A program made the translations under genes and the position numbers. From positions 1,088,001 through 1,152,000 of the forward strand of contig OY762007.1 in NCBI GenBank assembly GCA_963665115.1: a stretch of 64,000 bases of DNA, in the 5' to 3' direction. The stretch is from an uncultured Rivularia sp. (GTDB lineage Bacteria > Cyanobacteriota > Cyanobacteriia > Cyanobacteriales > Nostocaceae). The notes below the pieces were generated by a model. It did no database searches and was not told the origin of the DNA. It saw nothing but the letters and a program-made list of their open reading frames with translations. This document shows, piece by piece, positions 44,301-53,651 of the stretch (position 1 is the first letter of the stretch; each line of letters starts with the position of its first letter).

Positions 44301-45165
44301 GAGGGATTGCAAATTGGTGAGTTGGACAATTTCTGCTGGTAAACTACTCAGTTGATTGCTGCTGAGGTAGAGGGATTGCAAATTGGTGAGTTGGACAATT
44401 TCTGCTGGTAAACTACTCAGTTGATTGCCACCGAGGTGGAGGGATTGCAAATTGGTGAGTTGGCCAAATTCTGCTGGTAAACTACTCAGTTGATTGCTAC
44501 GAAGGTTGAGGGATTGCAAATTGGTGAGTTGTCCAAATTCTGCTGGTAAACTACTCAGTTGATTGCCCCAGAGGTGGAGGGATTGCAAATTGGTGAGTTG
44601 GACAATTTCTGCTGGTAAACTACTCAGTTGATTGCCCCAGAGGTAGAGGGATTGCAAATTGGTGAGTTGGACAATTTCTGCTGGTAAACTACTCAGTTGA
44701 TTGCCCCAGAGGTGGAGGGATTGCAAATTGGTGAGTTGGACAATTTCTGCTGGTAAACTACTCAGTTGATTCCTGCTGAGGTTGAGGGATTGCAAATTGG
44801 TGAGTTGTCCAAATTCTGCTGGTAAACTACTCAGTTGATTGTTGTAGAGGTCGAGGGATTGCAAATTGGTGAGTTGTCCAATTTCTGCTGGTAAACTACT
44901 CAGTTGATTATCGACTATTTGAAGTTCTTCAAGTTGAGTTAGCTTCCCTATTTCTTTCGGTAATTCACTCAAATTGTTGCCGATATAACCAACTATACGT
45001 CCATTTTCGTCAAGTTCATATTTACCAAGAATCAGCTTTCTGAGTTGAGTTAACTTCCCAATGTCAGCAGGTAAAGCAGTCAACTTGTTACCAGAAAGGG
45101 TCTAATTCCGTCGCTCCCTCTGTTGCTGCTTGTTCGATTACCTGTAGCAATTCTTCCTCAGTCAT
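41393..45165 (-). CDS. LRR-Roc-COR-CHAT (Roco GTPase with caspase-like CHAT domain); two apparent +1 frameshifts (about 45098 and 43104)
   Basis: 11 near-identical LRRs; GEGGAGKTS and WDFGGQ (Roc); COR; CNCREC; HFIGHG and VILNCC (CHAT His/Cys). The paralogue reads agaaaggtct where this gene has agaaagggtct. Confidence 0.88.
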
Positions 45166-45523
45166 CAGCCAGTACTCAGATATACAATATGTATTAGAGT
45201 TATTTTAATAAAACCTACGCACTTGTGATGTGAATGACTCCTTAAGAGTCGCAAATCAATATGTTTAAAAGAATAAAATAATTATCTGTAACCCAGTCCA
45301 CGCAGGTGGACTTCGCTTGTGTAGTCGCGGTTTAAACCGCCAGATTTCTCCCATCTAAACCAGTCTCAACCGCCAAATTTCTCGTATTTCAACCAAAAGT
45401 CAGAGTTCCATCATCAAAAATCTCACCCTTCCCAATCAATTAACTTCTACCGAAGGAAAGTTATATCTGTTGACGAAAATCAATTAAAAATAGAATGCTA
45501 AATCTACAGGTAGAAAATATTCA

Positions 45524-45952
45524 ATGAAATCAACATTTTTAACCTCAAAGCTTACTAAGATTGGACGTTTCTTAGCTATAGCAATGTTTTGCTTGACTGC
45601 GACATTCGGATTTTTCGCTAATAACCCTGCAATGGCAGCAAACAACCCTACTTTAGCTGCATTTGGTTTGGGTGGTGAAGCTAAAGAGAAAGCAAGCGAA
45701 GACGCTGCAAACACCAAGGGTTTTATCGAAGACGTAAAAGATCAAGTTAAGCGCACCGCTAAGAATAATGCCGAGCGAGTTGAAGACGCAACAGATGGAA
45801 GCGGCAATTTCTTAGAGCGTAAAGCGAAAAATGACGCACAAACAATTCAAAAACGCGCTAACGAAGATGCAGCACGTACTAAAGAAGCGGTAGATTCTAC
45901 AAAGAATGCTTTTAAAGATGCTGTTAATAATGTGAAAGATACTTTGGATTAA
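45524..45952 (+). CDS. Exported hydrophilic helical protein (LEA/CsbD-like)
   Basis: N-terminal signal/TM and a K/D/A/E-rich amphipathic tail. Confidence 0.6.
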   Translation: MKSTFLTSKLTKIGRFLAIAMFCLTATFGFFANNPAMAANNPTLAAFGLGGEAKEKASEDAANTKGFIEDVKDQVKRTAKNNAERVEDATDGSGNFLERKAKNDAQTIQKRANEDAARTKEAVDSTKNAFKDAVNNVKDTLD

Positions 45953-45972
45953 TTGTTTACCGTATTTTTACA

Positions 45973-46108
45973 ACCTCACCCCGTCCTAACGGACACCCCT
46001 CTCCAAGTTAGCGGAGAAGGGAAGATAGCGAATCATTACACCCCTCTCCTTGATAAGGAGAGGGGAAGGGGGTGAGGTTTTACGCTAAGGAGAGGGGAAG
46101 GGTGAGGT
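45973..46108. repeat. Palindromic dispersed repeats (CCCCTCTCC...GGAGAGGGG, ACCTCACCCC...GGGGTGAGGT)
   Basis: Nested inverted repeats in an intergenic region. Confidence 0.65.
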
Positions 46109-46139
46109 TTTTATCAACAAACTCCGAAAATGACGGAAA

Positions 46140-46643
46140 ATGGTTGAGGTAATTAATTCAACCTTGAGGAGTATTTTCTTAATGTCACTTATATCTCGTT
46201 TAATCTCTATAGTTTGCGTAATTTTTCTAAGCTTAACTAGTATTTTCATTTTTCCTAATCCGACTTTAGCGGTAGGAATTACCGAAAATCATCTTACTTC
46301 TTGTCCAACTTCCCCGAATTGCGTTGTCAGTCAAAATGGTGACGAAAAGCACGCGATTAAGCCGATTCCCTATAATGGCGATCGCGATCGAGCCAAAGAA
46401 ACTTTACTTAAAGTTATTACAGTTGTTCCCCGTACAGAAGTTGTAGAGCAAACTGATAATTATATTCACGCTCTTTCTAAAAGCAGAATTTTTAAGTTTA
46501 CTGACGATGTAGAATTTTACTTTCCTACCGATGAAAACGTAATTCATATTCGTTCGGCATCTCGCGTGGGAGATTCCGATTTAGGAGTTAATAGAAGGCG
46601 GATGGAGCAGATTCGGTTAGCTATGCAGGATTTAAAAGTTTAA
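46140..46643 (+). CDS. DUF1499 family protein
   Basis: CPTSPNCVVSQ, FTDDVEF and RSASRVGDSDLGVNRRR motifs. Confidence 0.9.
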   Translation: MVEVINSTLRSIFLMSLISRLISIVCVIFLSLTSIFIFPNPTLAVGITENHLTSCPTSPNCVVSQNGDEKHAIKPIPYNGDRDRAKETLLKVITVVPRTEVVEQTDNYIHALSKSRIFKFTDDVEFYFPTDENVIHIRSASRVGDSDLGVNRRRMEQIRLAMQDLKV

Positions 46644-46693
46644 ATTAATTCTTGTAGTACGGGCATCCCTGCCCGTCCCAGTTATAATTCATA

Positions 46694-46900
46694 TTACTGT
46701 TTATCTTTCGCAGCACAGGGGTTTTTCTTGCCAGCACAAGGATCTTTACTGGCGCAAGGATTCTTACCAGCACAAGGATCTACTTGATCTGTAGTTTCTG
46801 TATCGGTAGTCTTACCAGCGCAAGGATTACTACATCCAACCACAATTCCCAAACTTAACAAAGAAACTGCTGTCAGCGTAGCCAAATAATTAACTTTCAT
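46694..46900 (-). CDS. Small lipoprotein with five [N/D]PCA[G/S/A]K repeats
   Basis: Lipobox IVVG-C; repeats NPCAGK, DPCAGK, NPCASK, DPCAGK, NPCAAK. Confidence 0.75.
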   Translation of the reverse strand: MKVNYLATLTAVSLLSLGIVVGCSNPCAGKTTDTETTDQVDPCAGKNPCASKDPCAGKKNPCAAKDKQ

Positions 46901-46994
46901 TTCTTTTTTCCTTTACTAGTAAATTGTCATCCATTAGTTATACAAGACTAAAGTCTAAATGGATTCATTTTTTTTAAAATAGGGCAACTATAAT

Positions 46995-47600
46995 TTAAAA
47001 ATTTGTTGCCGTACAATTAATTGGGTCAAATTCATAACGCCGCTCGTAGTTAGTTTCCCCATATAAATTAAAACTAACTGTTAGTTCATCACCCATAACT
47101 TCTACGTTATGAATAGCATCAGACGTAAGACTAATAATGTCTCCAGGAGAAAGGATTAATTCCCCTGCTTTTTCAATTCGTTTATCATCTTGATTTACTT
47201 TCTTCCAAAAAGTATTTTTTTCCTCTCCGCTCAAAATAGCAACAACTCCCCAAGTTGCATGATTATGAATTGGCGAAACAGAACCCGGTAGCCAAACTAC
47301 CGTTTGCACCGTCAGGGGAAAATCCGGCTCGTCATAAAGAGTTGTTACCGAGAAACCTGTATCAGGATTTGGCTCTAAATATTCGTAATGCAGCCATTCC
47401 GAGCTATTGAGCAAGCGACGTACTATAGGACGAATTTTTTCAAGTCGCTGTTTATCGTCGCTAATATTTATGAGAATATCTTCTAAATCAGTTAGAAAGC
47501 GAAATAATCGGTAGGGATTTTCTGATAATTCCGTTTCCGTTCTAATTTCGCTAGCTTCACGATGTCCATCGTCTGTTATCAACCAATCTTGATTAGCCAT
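46995..47600 (-). CDS. Cysteine-dioxygenase-like cupin
   Basis: WLPGSVSPIHNHATWG and AIHNVE (3-His cupin motifs). Confidence 0.8.
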   Translation of the reverse strand: MANQDWLITDDGHREASEIRTETELSENPYRLFRFLTDLEDILINISDDKQRLEKIRPIVRRLLNSSEWLHYEYLEPNPDTGFSVTTLYDEPDFPLTVQTVVWLPGSVSPIHNHATWGVVAILSGEEKNTFWKKVNQDDKRIEKAGELILSPGDIISLTSDAIHNVEVMGDELTVSFNLYGETNYERRYEFDPINCTATNF

Positions 47601-47671
47601 TCGATTTTGGATTTTAGATTTTAGATTTTATAGTCGTTTAAGATAAAAAATACATGATAGTGGTAATTGGT

Positions 47672-47785
47672 AACTAGTACAGTACGGCGTAAATAAAGCA
47701 CCCATTTAAAAAGTTTGAAAGCCTTATCATATAATACTTTTTACTTCTTACTTTTGACTTTTTACTTCCGCGCAGCGGTACTAGT
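47672..47785. mobile_element. MITE-like element with ACTAGTAC terminal inverted repeats
   Basis: actagtacagtacggcgtaa ... ttccgcgcagcggtactagt. Confidence 0.5.
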
Positions 47786-47847
47786 AACTGCTCGCTGATA
47801 ATTGATAATTGATAATTGATAATTGATAATTGATAATTGATAATTGA

Positions 47848-48960
47848 TTACTGATGATGGCTTAAATAACAATGACAATCTGGCCTTTCAATTAACGAAC
47901 CAACTAAAGCATTTAAAGCTACAGCTGCTAACAATCCTCCACCAAGGGTTCCCACAGTGGTAATATATTCTACGCTCGAATGCATTAAACGGCGTTTCGC
48001 TGCTGGAGCATGATTAAAGCCGATGGGCATTCCTATAATTAAAGATGGTTTTAACTGTTCTTGCTCTACAAGTTTCAACGCCGAAGTTAATAGCGATGGC
48101 GTATAACCTATTACTAAAATGCAGCCGGGATTTAGCTGTTTTAACTTTTCGAGCAGTTCTTTATCTTGGCAAAACTTTCTTTCCGCTTCATCAACGCTAT
48201 GAATGTGGGGGTCGTCAATTAAAGTCTTGACTTTAGCACCTAAATGTGCAATTCGTGTATGGTCGAGTGCTGCGACAACTGGGGAAACGTCGGCAACAAT
48301 TTCTGTGGCAGCTTTGAGATTATGTCTGGCTGCAACTATTGCATCTTTACTTAATCGGACAAAGTTTACCAAGCTGACATCACCACAAGCAAACACCAGT
48401 TTGGAAAGCAAATCTCTTTCAATTTCGTTTTTCTTTGATAAATCCGGCAATATTTTTTGCAATGACTCGCTAAAATCTTCAGGTTGGACATTATGTGCTG
48501 CATCCAAGCCATCCCAAAGTTGATCTAATTCTTGCAATCCAAAAGCTGATTCTATTTCTACTTTTTTTAATTGTTCTAACGCTTGCAGTTGCGTATCTTG
48601 ACAACTTTTATCCCTTTGCAAAAATTCTTCCAAAGCCGACGCTGTTTGTCGCAATCGCGCTAATTGTTCAGTTACCGAATGATATTGTTGCTGCAATTGG
48701 GAAGACAAAGCATCAAAACTCATTACCTCCGGAGAATCCAACAATTGACGAATATCGTCTAATTGAAAACCCTGAGATTTCAACGCCAAAATTCGCCGCA
48801 ACTGCTGCACGTCAGCATCAGTATACAGACGATAATTACCGGAGGAACGTTGTGCTTCTGGTAGTAACCCCAACTTGTGATAATGCCTAACCATCCTGGG
48901 AGTCAAACCACCGCCAACAGTAAGCGTAAGTTGTTTGATTGTTAGGTGTTTGTTTGCCAT
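47848..48960 (-). CDS. coaR: MerR-family regulator fused to precorrin-8X methylmutase-like domain (CoaR/CorR-like)
   Basis: N-terminal MerR HTH (VRHYHKLGLL..RSSGNYRLY); C-terminal CobH-like region (IGMPIGF, GTLGGGLLAA). Confidence 0.8.
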   Translation of the reverse strand: MANKHLTIKQLTLTVGGGLTPRMVRHYHKLGLLPEAQRSSGNYRLYTDADVQQLRRILALKSQGFQLDDIRQLLDSPEVMSFDALSSQLQQQYHSVTEQLARLRQTASALEEFLQRDKSCQDTQLQALEQLKKVEIESAFGLQELDQLWDGLDAAHNVQPEDFSESLQKILPDLSKKNEIERDLLSKLVFACGDVSLVNFVRLSKDAIVAARHNLKAATEIVADVSPVVAALDHTRIAHLGAKVKTLIDDPHIHSVDEAERKFCQDKELLEKLKQLNPGCILVIGYTPSLLTSALKLVEQEQLKPSLIIGMPIGFNHAPAAKRRLMHSSVEYITTVGTLGGGLLAAVALNALVGSLIERPDCHCYLSHHQ

Positions 48961-49229
48961 TCATGTATTTTAACTGAATTGGGGGATTGGGCATTGGTAA
49001 TTGGTAATTGGTAATTGGTAATTGGTAATTGGTAATTGGGTATTAAGCGTAATTTCCCGGCTAATAGCTGGCATTCCTATGAATAGGACTAAAAAAATTA
49101 TTATAATTAATCTCGAAAAGTATTAGCCCACGTAGGTGGGCTTTGTAAATATAGCCCCAGGCTTATAGCCTGCGGGCTTTTACGCGGATTAAAATACTTC
49201 TCCTAATCCCAATTCTCAATTCCCAATTC

Positions 49230-50904
49230 TCAATTCCCAATTCTTAATGCCCCATTCCCAACACTCAATTCAGCATTAATTTTATCGTATTCAACTTTAC
49301 CGTAATCTAATTTGATTATTCTATCTGCAAGGTGAAAATAATGGTCGTCGTGACTGATAACTAATACTGTTTTATTGCGTTTTTTTAAGTTAACTAATAT
49401 TTCTTTGTAAAAAATGTTTCTAAATATTGGATCTTGATCTGATGCCCATTCATCAAATAGGTAAATCGGACGGTTTTCTAAATAGGCTGTTAATAATGCT
49501 AGACGTTTTCGCTGCCCCTGGGAAAGACTGGTGGTTGATAAATTACCGTTTTCTATTGTTACTTTATGATTGATTTTTAATTGTCTTAGATATTCTTGGG
49601 CTTGTTCGTCTAAAGCTGGTTTATCCATTCCCAACAGTTTTTCAAACAAGTAAAAATCGGAGAAAATTACTGAAAAATGTTGGCGATACCATTCCCGGTT
49701 ATCATCGGTAATGACTTGTTCGTCTAATTTAATTTCTCCATCTTCGGGAATATATAATCCTGTAATTAGTTTGGCTAAAGTAGATTTTCCGCTACCGTTA
49801 CCGCCAACTATAAATACAATTTCTCCCGGTTTAAAGCTGAGATCCATAGGACCTAAACTAAAGCGGTTTTCTTCGTCTTCTCCTGGATATGCATGAACGA
49901 CTTGCTTTAACTCTAATTTTGAAAATGTTTTTGTATCTTTATTCTTTACTTCTAGATAGCTTTCTTTATTCCCAGCTAATATTAAACCCATTCTTTCGAT
50001 TTTCTGTAGTGCTACGGTAGCTTTAGATAAAGCCTGTAACTTATCTAATATGCTCTGCATGGGCAACATTAAATAAGTAACTGTAAGTATATAAGCTGAC
50101 AGAACGCCGGGGGAAATTGGTGCTATTTGGGGTAATACAAATAGCAGCGAACCGACAAGCACGAAAAATAATAAATTTCCCCATCCAGTCGAAACCGAAA
50201 AGGTTAATAAAGCCGCTGAATTTTGGTCGCGACATATCGCCGCACTATGCTGTAATTCGTCTTCAAAAAACTCTTGACGGCGAGCGCTATGAAGTTTAAG
50301 CTCTTTAATCCCTTCGGTTATGGCGCGAAAATGCTTGAGTAAACGATCTTGTTCGTCTCGCGCTGTAATTAGAAAGACTTGCGCTCTGTTAATTAACAGT
50401 TGAATGCTACCGACAGCTATCATTACAAAGCCGACGGTAAAAGTAAATACCGTACTCGATAGGAATGATAAATAAAGCAAACACCCGGCAATAATGGCAA
50501 GATCGACGGCAATAAAAGGAATTGCGTAGACTGTCGCGGTTAGGGTTGCTACATCTTCCGTCAGGGTTGCTAATAGACGCGACGTACCTAACTTTTCTAA
50601 ATGCCGCAGTTGAGCAGATAATATTCCTCGACTCAAACGCAACCGTAATTGATAGACAGCTTCTTGAGAAAGATTGATCAGTAAAACTTGCGAGATAATG
50701 CTGTTAACAACTACTATCAATGCCAAAGTTGGAAACTGCCAAGCCAAGTCGCCGAAATCATTTGACGCTTGAAACCCTCCGCTAATAGCCTGATTTATCA
50801 ACGCAATTAATCGCGCTGTAGTTTCCACCGCTTAGCAAACCCGTGAAAACGGCGATCGCCACTTGCATCCAAGAAGCCTTTAATAAAAGCCAGATTAAAT
50901 TCAT
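49230..50904 (-). CDS. Cyclic-peptide export ABC transporter (PvdE/SyrD/YojI family; apparent +1 frameshift near 50822)
   Basis: GIKELKL, GGNGSGKST, LSQGQRKRLAL and FDEWASDQDP. True start MNLIWLLLKASW at 50904 overlaps the upstream stop (ATGA). Confidence 0.9.
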
Positions 50905-51557
50905 TCACTGCACCGAGTCGCTGGTTGTAATTTGGGTTTTAATGCAATTAGTAGCGCTAATTCTAGCCACTTCCAATAACAGTCCACATCTTCAAAGCCA
51001 ATGTTTCGCAACCACTTTAACTGAGTTTCTACGTCTAAAAGCTGGTTGGATGGATCGTCTTCTGATGGTGTTCTACCTATCGCTTTGAGAAACTTTTCAT
51101 GCAAACGAACCGTTGGTGAAGCAACGTGTTCTAAGTTGCAGAAAATACCTCCGGGCTGCAACAAATTAAATATTTCTACATAAAGCGAACGCTTGCGATG
51201 GTGGCTGAGGTGATGTATAGCAAAACTGGAAACAATAGCATCAAAAGTGCCTAACTCAGGTAAAGTTTCATCTAAATTGTGGTCAATAATTTCTATCGTA
51301 GAGTCATCTTGAAAGCGAGTTTTCACCGCTTCTAACATAGTTGGTGAAAAGTCTACGGCGACGCATGATACCGCTGGACGTTCAATTTTTAGTAATGCTA
51401 GCAAGCGTCCATCCCCTGTTCCCAAATCGAGAATACGCTTCACCGTTTTAGGAATTTCCTCCAACAGCACTGCTTCACCTTCAGTACGATGAGGAATATT
51501 ATCCGCTTGTTCTAAGTAGAATAAAGCGTGTTCGGCAGAAGTCCATAGATTAGGCAT
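50901..51557 (-). CDS. Class I SAM-dependent methyltransferase
   Basis: ILDLGTGDG, VDFSPTML and SSFAIHHL motifs. Confidence 0.9.
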   Translation of the reverse strand: MPNLWTSAEHALFYLEQADNIPHRTEGEAVLLEEIPKTVKRILDLGTGDGRLLALLKIERPAVSCVAVDFSPTMLEAVKTRFQDDSTIEIIDHNLDETLPELGTFDAIVSSFAIHHLSHHRKRSLYVEIFNLLQPGGIFCNLEHVASPTVRLHEKFLKAIGRTPSEDDPSNQLLDVETQLKWLRNIGFEDVDCYWKWLELALLIALKPKLQPATRCSE

Positions 51558-52477
51558 ATAAAAATTACAGAAATTGCGGGCAAGAAAATAATCCTACAAG
51601 AGCCTGCATTATGCTTATTTTACCTTAGTATAGCGTATCAATTTATTTAGTAAAAGCGCGAGCAATTGTATTATTTAAGACTTAATAAACTGTTCTAAAT
51701 ATAAACATCAAAATATATTTTAGTGTTGCGATAATTACTAACAATCTCAGTGTCAATCTGGTAATTTAGCTCTGGTTTGATATTTATAATTTGCCATGAT
51801 TTATTTTAACTTCAATTAAAATATCGCTGTTACAGTAAGCTCACAACCCTAATGATAGTAGTCCTGCTGGCTTGTTTTTTCTATCTTAGACTATAAAAGC
51901 TAAAAGCTTGACACCCAACTAGTTTTAAATAGCATAGTTAATGGAGAAAAATCGTCATTACTTTAGTGCAAGAATTCAAATAGTAGATATATAATATCAA
52001 ACTCAGTAATTTTTCTCTCTTCGCAAAAAATATGAAAATTATTTATACTTTTGAGGTAAACAAGTTACTAAAGTTACTTTTATTACAAAATACTAACGAT
52101 TATTTTTTCTAATTTTATAAATTTATTTGCTCGATATTTTTTAATGTAATGTAATTTTATTTTGCTGGCTTTGTCCTTTGATACCCCGTCGCGATAATTA
52201 TCGGATGCTTCTTATACTCGGTGTAAATCAAAAATTATAAATTTTGAATTGGAATTGGGCATAGGGGATTGAGCATTGGATATAACAACGCACCATGAAA
52301 GCCGTCACATCGTTACTAATGGTCTGTTTCATAAAATATGATAGGTATGTAGTGAGGACTTTAGTCCTAAATCTAAGCGATAAATCGCTTACTACGAACC
52401 TTTTTACCGATCGTAATTAATGTGGTTGAGTACTGGGAACGAACTTTCAGAGGCTCTACCTCAAGTTAATTAAATTA

Positions 52478-53096
52478 ATGACTCATTTTACAGCTTTAGT
52501 TATTTTACCTCCAGATACAAATGATATTCAAGTGAAAGTCGGAGAAACTTCTTCTTCCTTATTATTCAGAGCTAGATGTTGAACCATATAAGGAATATTT
52601 GAACCAAGAAGATTTTCAAAGGGAAATTAAGCAGCTATCAAATTTGCCAAAAGATGAAATTTATCAAATGGCAATAGAATATGAGCTTTTAGGTGAAAAT
52701 ATAATCGAATATTTGGCTAAGATCAATCTCTATTGGGATGAAGAAGATGTAGCTGGTGTTGACGAATATGGGGAATATCAAATAACAACTTATAATCCTC
52801 AAAGTAAATGGGATTGGTATAGATTTATTGAAACAGAACCCAGGGAAAGTGAAACACCTATTAATTATCCGTGTAAAGTAAAAGATTTACCTGATATTGT
52901 TCCCTATGCTCTCATAACTCCCGATGGTAAATGGTATGAATTAGGGTTTGATTTAGGTATACAGGCTTTTATGAGAAATCACTTGAATAGCAATACAAAT
53001 ATTGCTGAAGGAGAAATAAACTGGGAATTGAAAGTTAAAAAAATTATTGCTTTCTATTCAGATTTTCTTGCTGTTGCTTTAAATTGTCATATCTAA
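52478..53096 (+). CDS. Hypothetical protein (apparent +1 frameshift near 52545-52547)
   Basis: MTHFTALVILP... joins LLLPYYSELDVEPY...YNPQSKWDWY...ALITPDGKWYE...ALNCHI after removing one A. Confidence 0.65.
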
Positions 53097-53111
53097 AATT
53101 TACTTTTTCTC

Positions 53112-53639
53112 TCAACACTTTATCCCGTAAACAAAAGGCTCCCTTAATCCATAAACAACTTTCTTCCGAATTATTTCCCGTACTCTATAGGAATTAAACA
53201 GCCATTTTAAACTGTGTGAATAAATAAACCATTTATCTTCACTATATTCTATCGGGAAATTAGCTAGACGATCAAACTTTAAAAAACTCAAAGCATCCAT
53301 CATTTTAATAACAATTGGATTAGCACTCGAAGCATATATATGCTTTCGTCTTTCTAAACCTTTTTCTACAGATGCGTAAAATAAAGATTTACCAATTCCT
53401 CTTCCTCTAAATTCTTCTAAAACAAATAAGGCTGCTATTTTACACCATTTCTCATTTAGATCGTAATTTAAGCAGACTCCCGCTAAGTTACCATTTTCAT
53501 CTTCAGCAGCCACAATGTTTTTAGCTGTCAACCATTCTTTCAAGGTATAGCCCATGATGTATGGTGTTTTTTTGATTCTTTGAATTAGTAATTTAGCTTC
53601 AGCTTCACTTATTTGCCTTTGGATTATTCGGAAAATCAT
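53112..53639 (-). CDS. GNAT-family N-acetyltransferase
   Basis: LFVLEEFRGRGIGKSL acetyl-CoA binding motif. Confidence 0.85.
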   Translation of the reverse strand: MIFRIIQRQISEAEAKLLIQRIKKTPYIMGYTLKEWLTAKNIVAAEDENGNLAGVCLNYDLNEKWCKIAALFVLEEFRGRGIGKSLFYASVEKGLERRKHIYASSANPIVIKMMDALSFLKFDRLANFPIEYSEDKWFIYSHSLKWLFNSYRVREIIRKKVVYGLREPFVYGIKC

Positions 53640-53651
53640 TCGTAAGTCCTG

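Noticed and set aside
39240..44900. 69-bp periodic repeats as a CRISPR array or DGR template/variable repeats
   Set aside because: The repeats are in-frame LRR codons with only a few variable codons rather than spacers. There are no cas genes or reverse transcriptase in the window and no non-coding adenine-rich template copy.
51724..51746. Possible Fur-like box (tgcgataattactaacaat) upstream of the methyltransferase/exporter
   Set aside because: Weak palindrome in very AT-rich DNA; not distinguishable from chance.
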